Positions 63,001-64,000 of a stretch of DNA of 64,000 bases are shown piece by piece. Position 1 is the stretch's first letter. Every line of letters begins with the position of its first letter. Location: positions 165,726,001 to 165,790,000 of the forward strand of contig OZ024741.1 in assembly GCA_964016885.1 (NCBI GenBank), read 5' to 3'. The notes beneath the pieces are model-generated. The model saw only the letters and a program-made list of their open reading frames with translations. It ran no database searches and was not told the DNA's origin. The position numbers were made by a program, and so were the translations under genes. Source of the DNA: Eledone cirrhosa (lineage: Eukaryota).

Positions 63001-64000
63001 TAAGCTTGTCTCTAGATCAACCATGTCATTGATGTAAGCTTGTCTCTAGATCAACCATGTCATTGATGTAAGCTTGTCTCTAGATCAACCATGTCATTGA
63101 TGTAAGTTTGTCTCTAGATCAACCATGTCATTGATGTAAGCTTGTCTCTAGATCAACCATGTCATTGATGTAAGCTTGTCTCTAGATCAACCATGTCATT
63201 GATGTAAGCTTGTCTCTAGATCAACCATGTCATTGATGTAAGCTTGTCTCTAGATCAACCATGTCATTGATATAAGTTTGTCTCTAGATCAACCATGTCA
63301 TTGATGTAAGCTTGTCTCTAGATCAACCATGTCATTGATGTAACCTTGTCTCTAGATCAACCATGTCATTGATGTAAGCTTGTCTCTAGATCAACCATGT
63401 CATTGATGTAAGCTTGTCTCTAGATCAACCATGTCATTGATGTAAGCTTGTCTCTAGATCAACCATGTCATTGATGTAAGTTTATCTCTAGATCAACCAT
63501 GTCATTGATGTAAGCTTGTCTCTAGATCAACCATGTCATTGATGTAAGCTTGTCTCTAGATCAACCATGTCATAGATGTAAGTTTGTCTCTAGATCAACC
63601 ATGTCATTGATGTAAGTTTATCTCTAGATCAACCATGTCATTGATGTAAGTTTGTCTCTAGATCAACCATGTCATTGATGTAAGCTTGTCTCTAGATCAA
63701 CCATGTCATAGATGTAAGTTTATCTCTAGATCAACCATGTCATTGATGTAAGCTTGTCTCTAGATCAACCATGTCATTGATGTAAGCTTGTCTCTAGATC
63801 AACCATGTCATAGATGTAAGCTTGTCTCTAGATCAACCATGTCATTGATGTAAGTTTATCTCTAGATCAACCATGTCATTAATGTAAGCTTGTCTCTAGA
63901 TCAACCATGTCATTGATGTAAGCTTGTCTCTAGATCAACCATGTCATAGATGTAAGTTTGTCTCTAGATCAACCATGTCATTGATGTAAGTTTGTCTCTA
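60052..64000. repeat. 34-bp tandem satellite, ~116 copies, running past the window end
   Basis: Unit tagatcaaccatgtcattgatgtaagcttgtctc with a few recurrent variant positions; degenerate units at ~59695-59927. Confidence 0.97.

Noticed and set aside
60052-64000. CRISPR-like array (34-bp repeats)
   Set aside because: No unique spacers; contiguous tandem satellite in eukaryotic DNA; no cas genes.

Overview
AT-rich, repeat-dominated eukaryotic DNA with no recognisable host protein-coding exon. The SINE/LINE repertoire and (TA)n density suggest an octopus or other cephalopod genome (inference). Contents: a young 5'-truncated RTE-clade LINE whose RT ORF carries an embedded PHD-type C4HC3 finger, plus many RTE 3' remnants with (GAT)n tails abutting (TA)n tracts; at least three tRNA-derived SINE families; two decayed Penelope-like (GIY-YIG) elements; an internally deleted Chapaev3-type DNA transposon; piggyBac-, hAT- and Tc1/mariner-type MITEs; a non-autonomous Helitron; several fold-back palindromes; a 6.2-kb (GGT)n-derived compound satellite; and a >3.9-kb 34-bp satellite running off the window end. 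The most notable signal is a set of minimal type-I hammerhead ribozyme motifs. The best is an intact pair on opposite strands inside a ~315-bp near-perfect inverted repeat (48588-50073), resembling Penelope pseudo-LTR/retrozyme architecture. A possible Pol II promoter and first exon lies near 19.75-19.94 kb. All alignments, folds and identities were read by eye, and repeat boundaries are approximate unless a TSD or TIR is cited.
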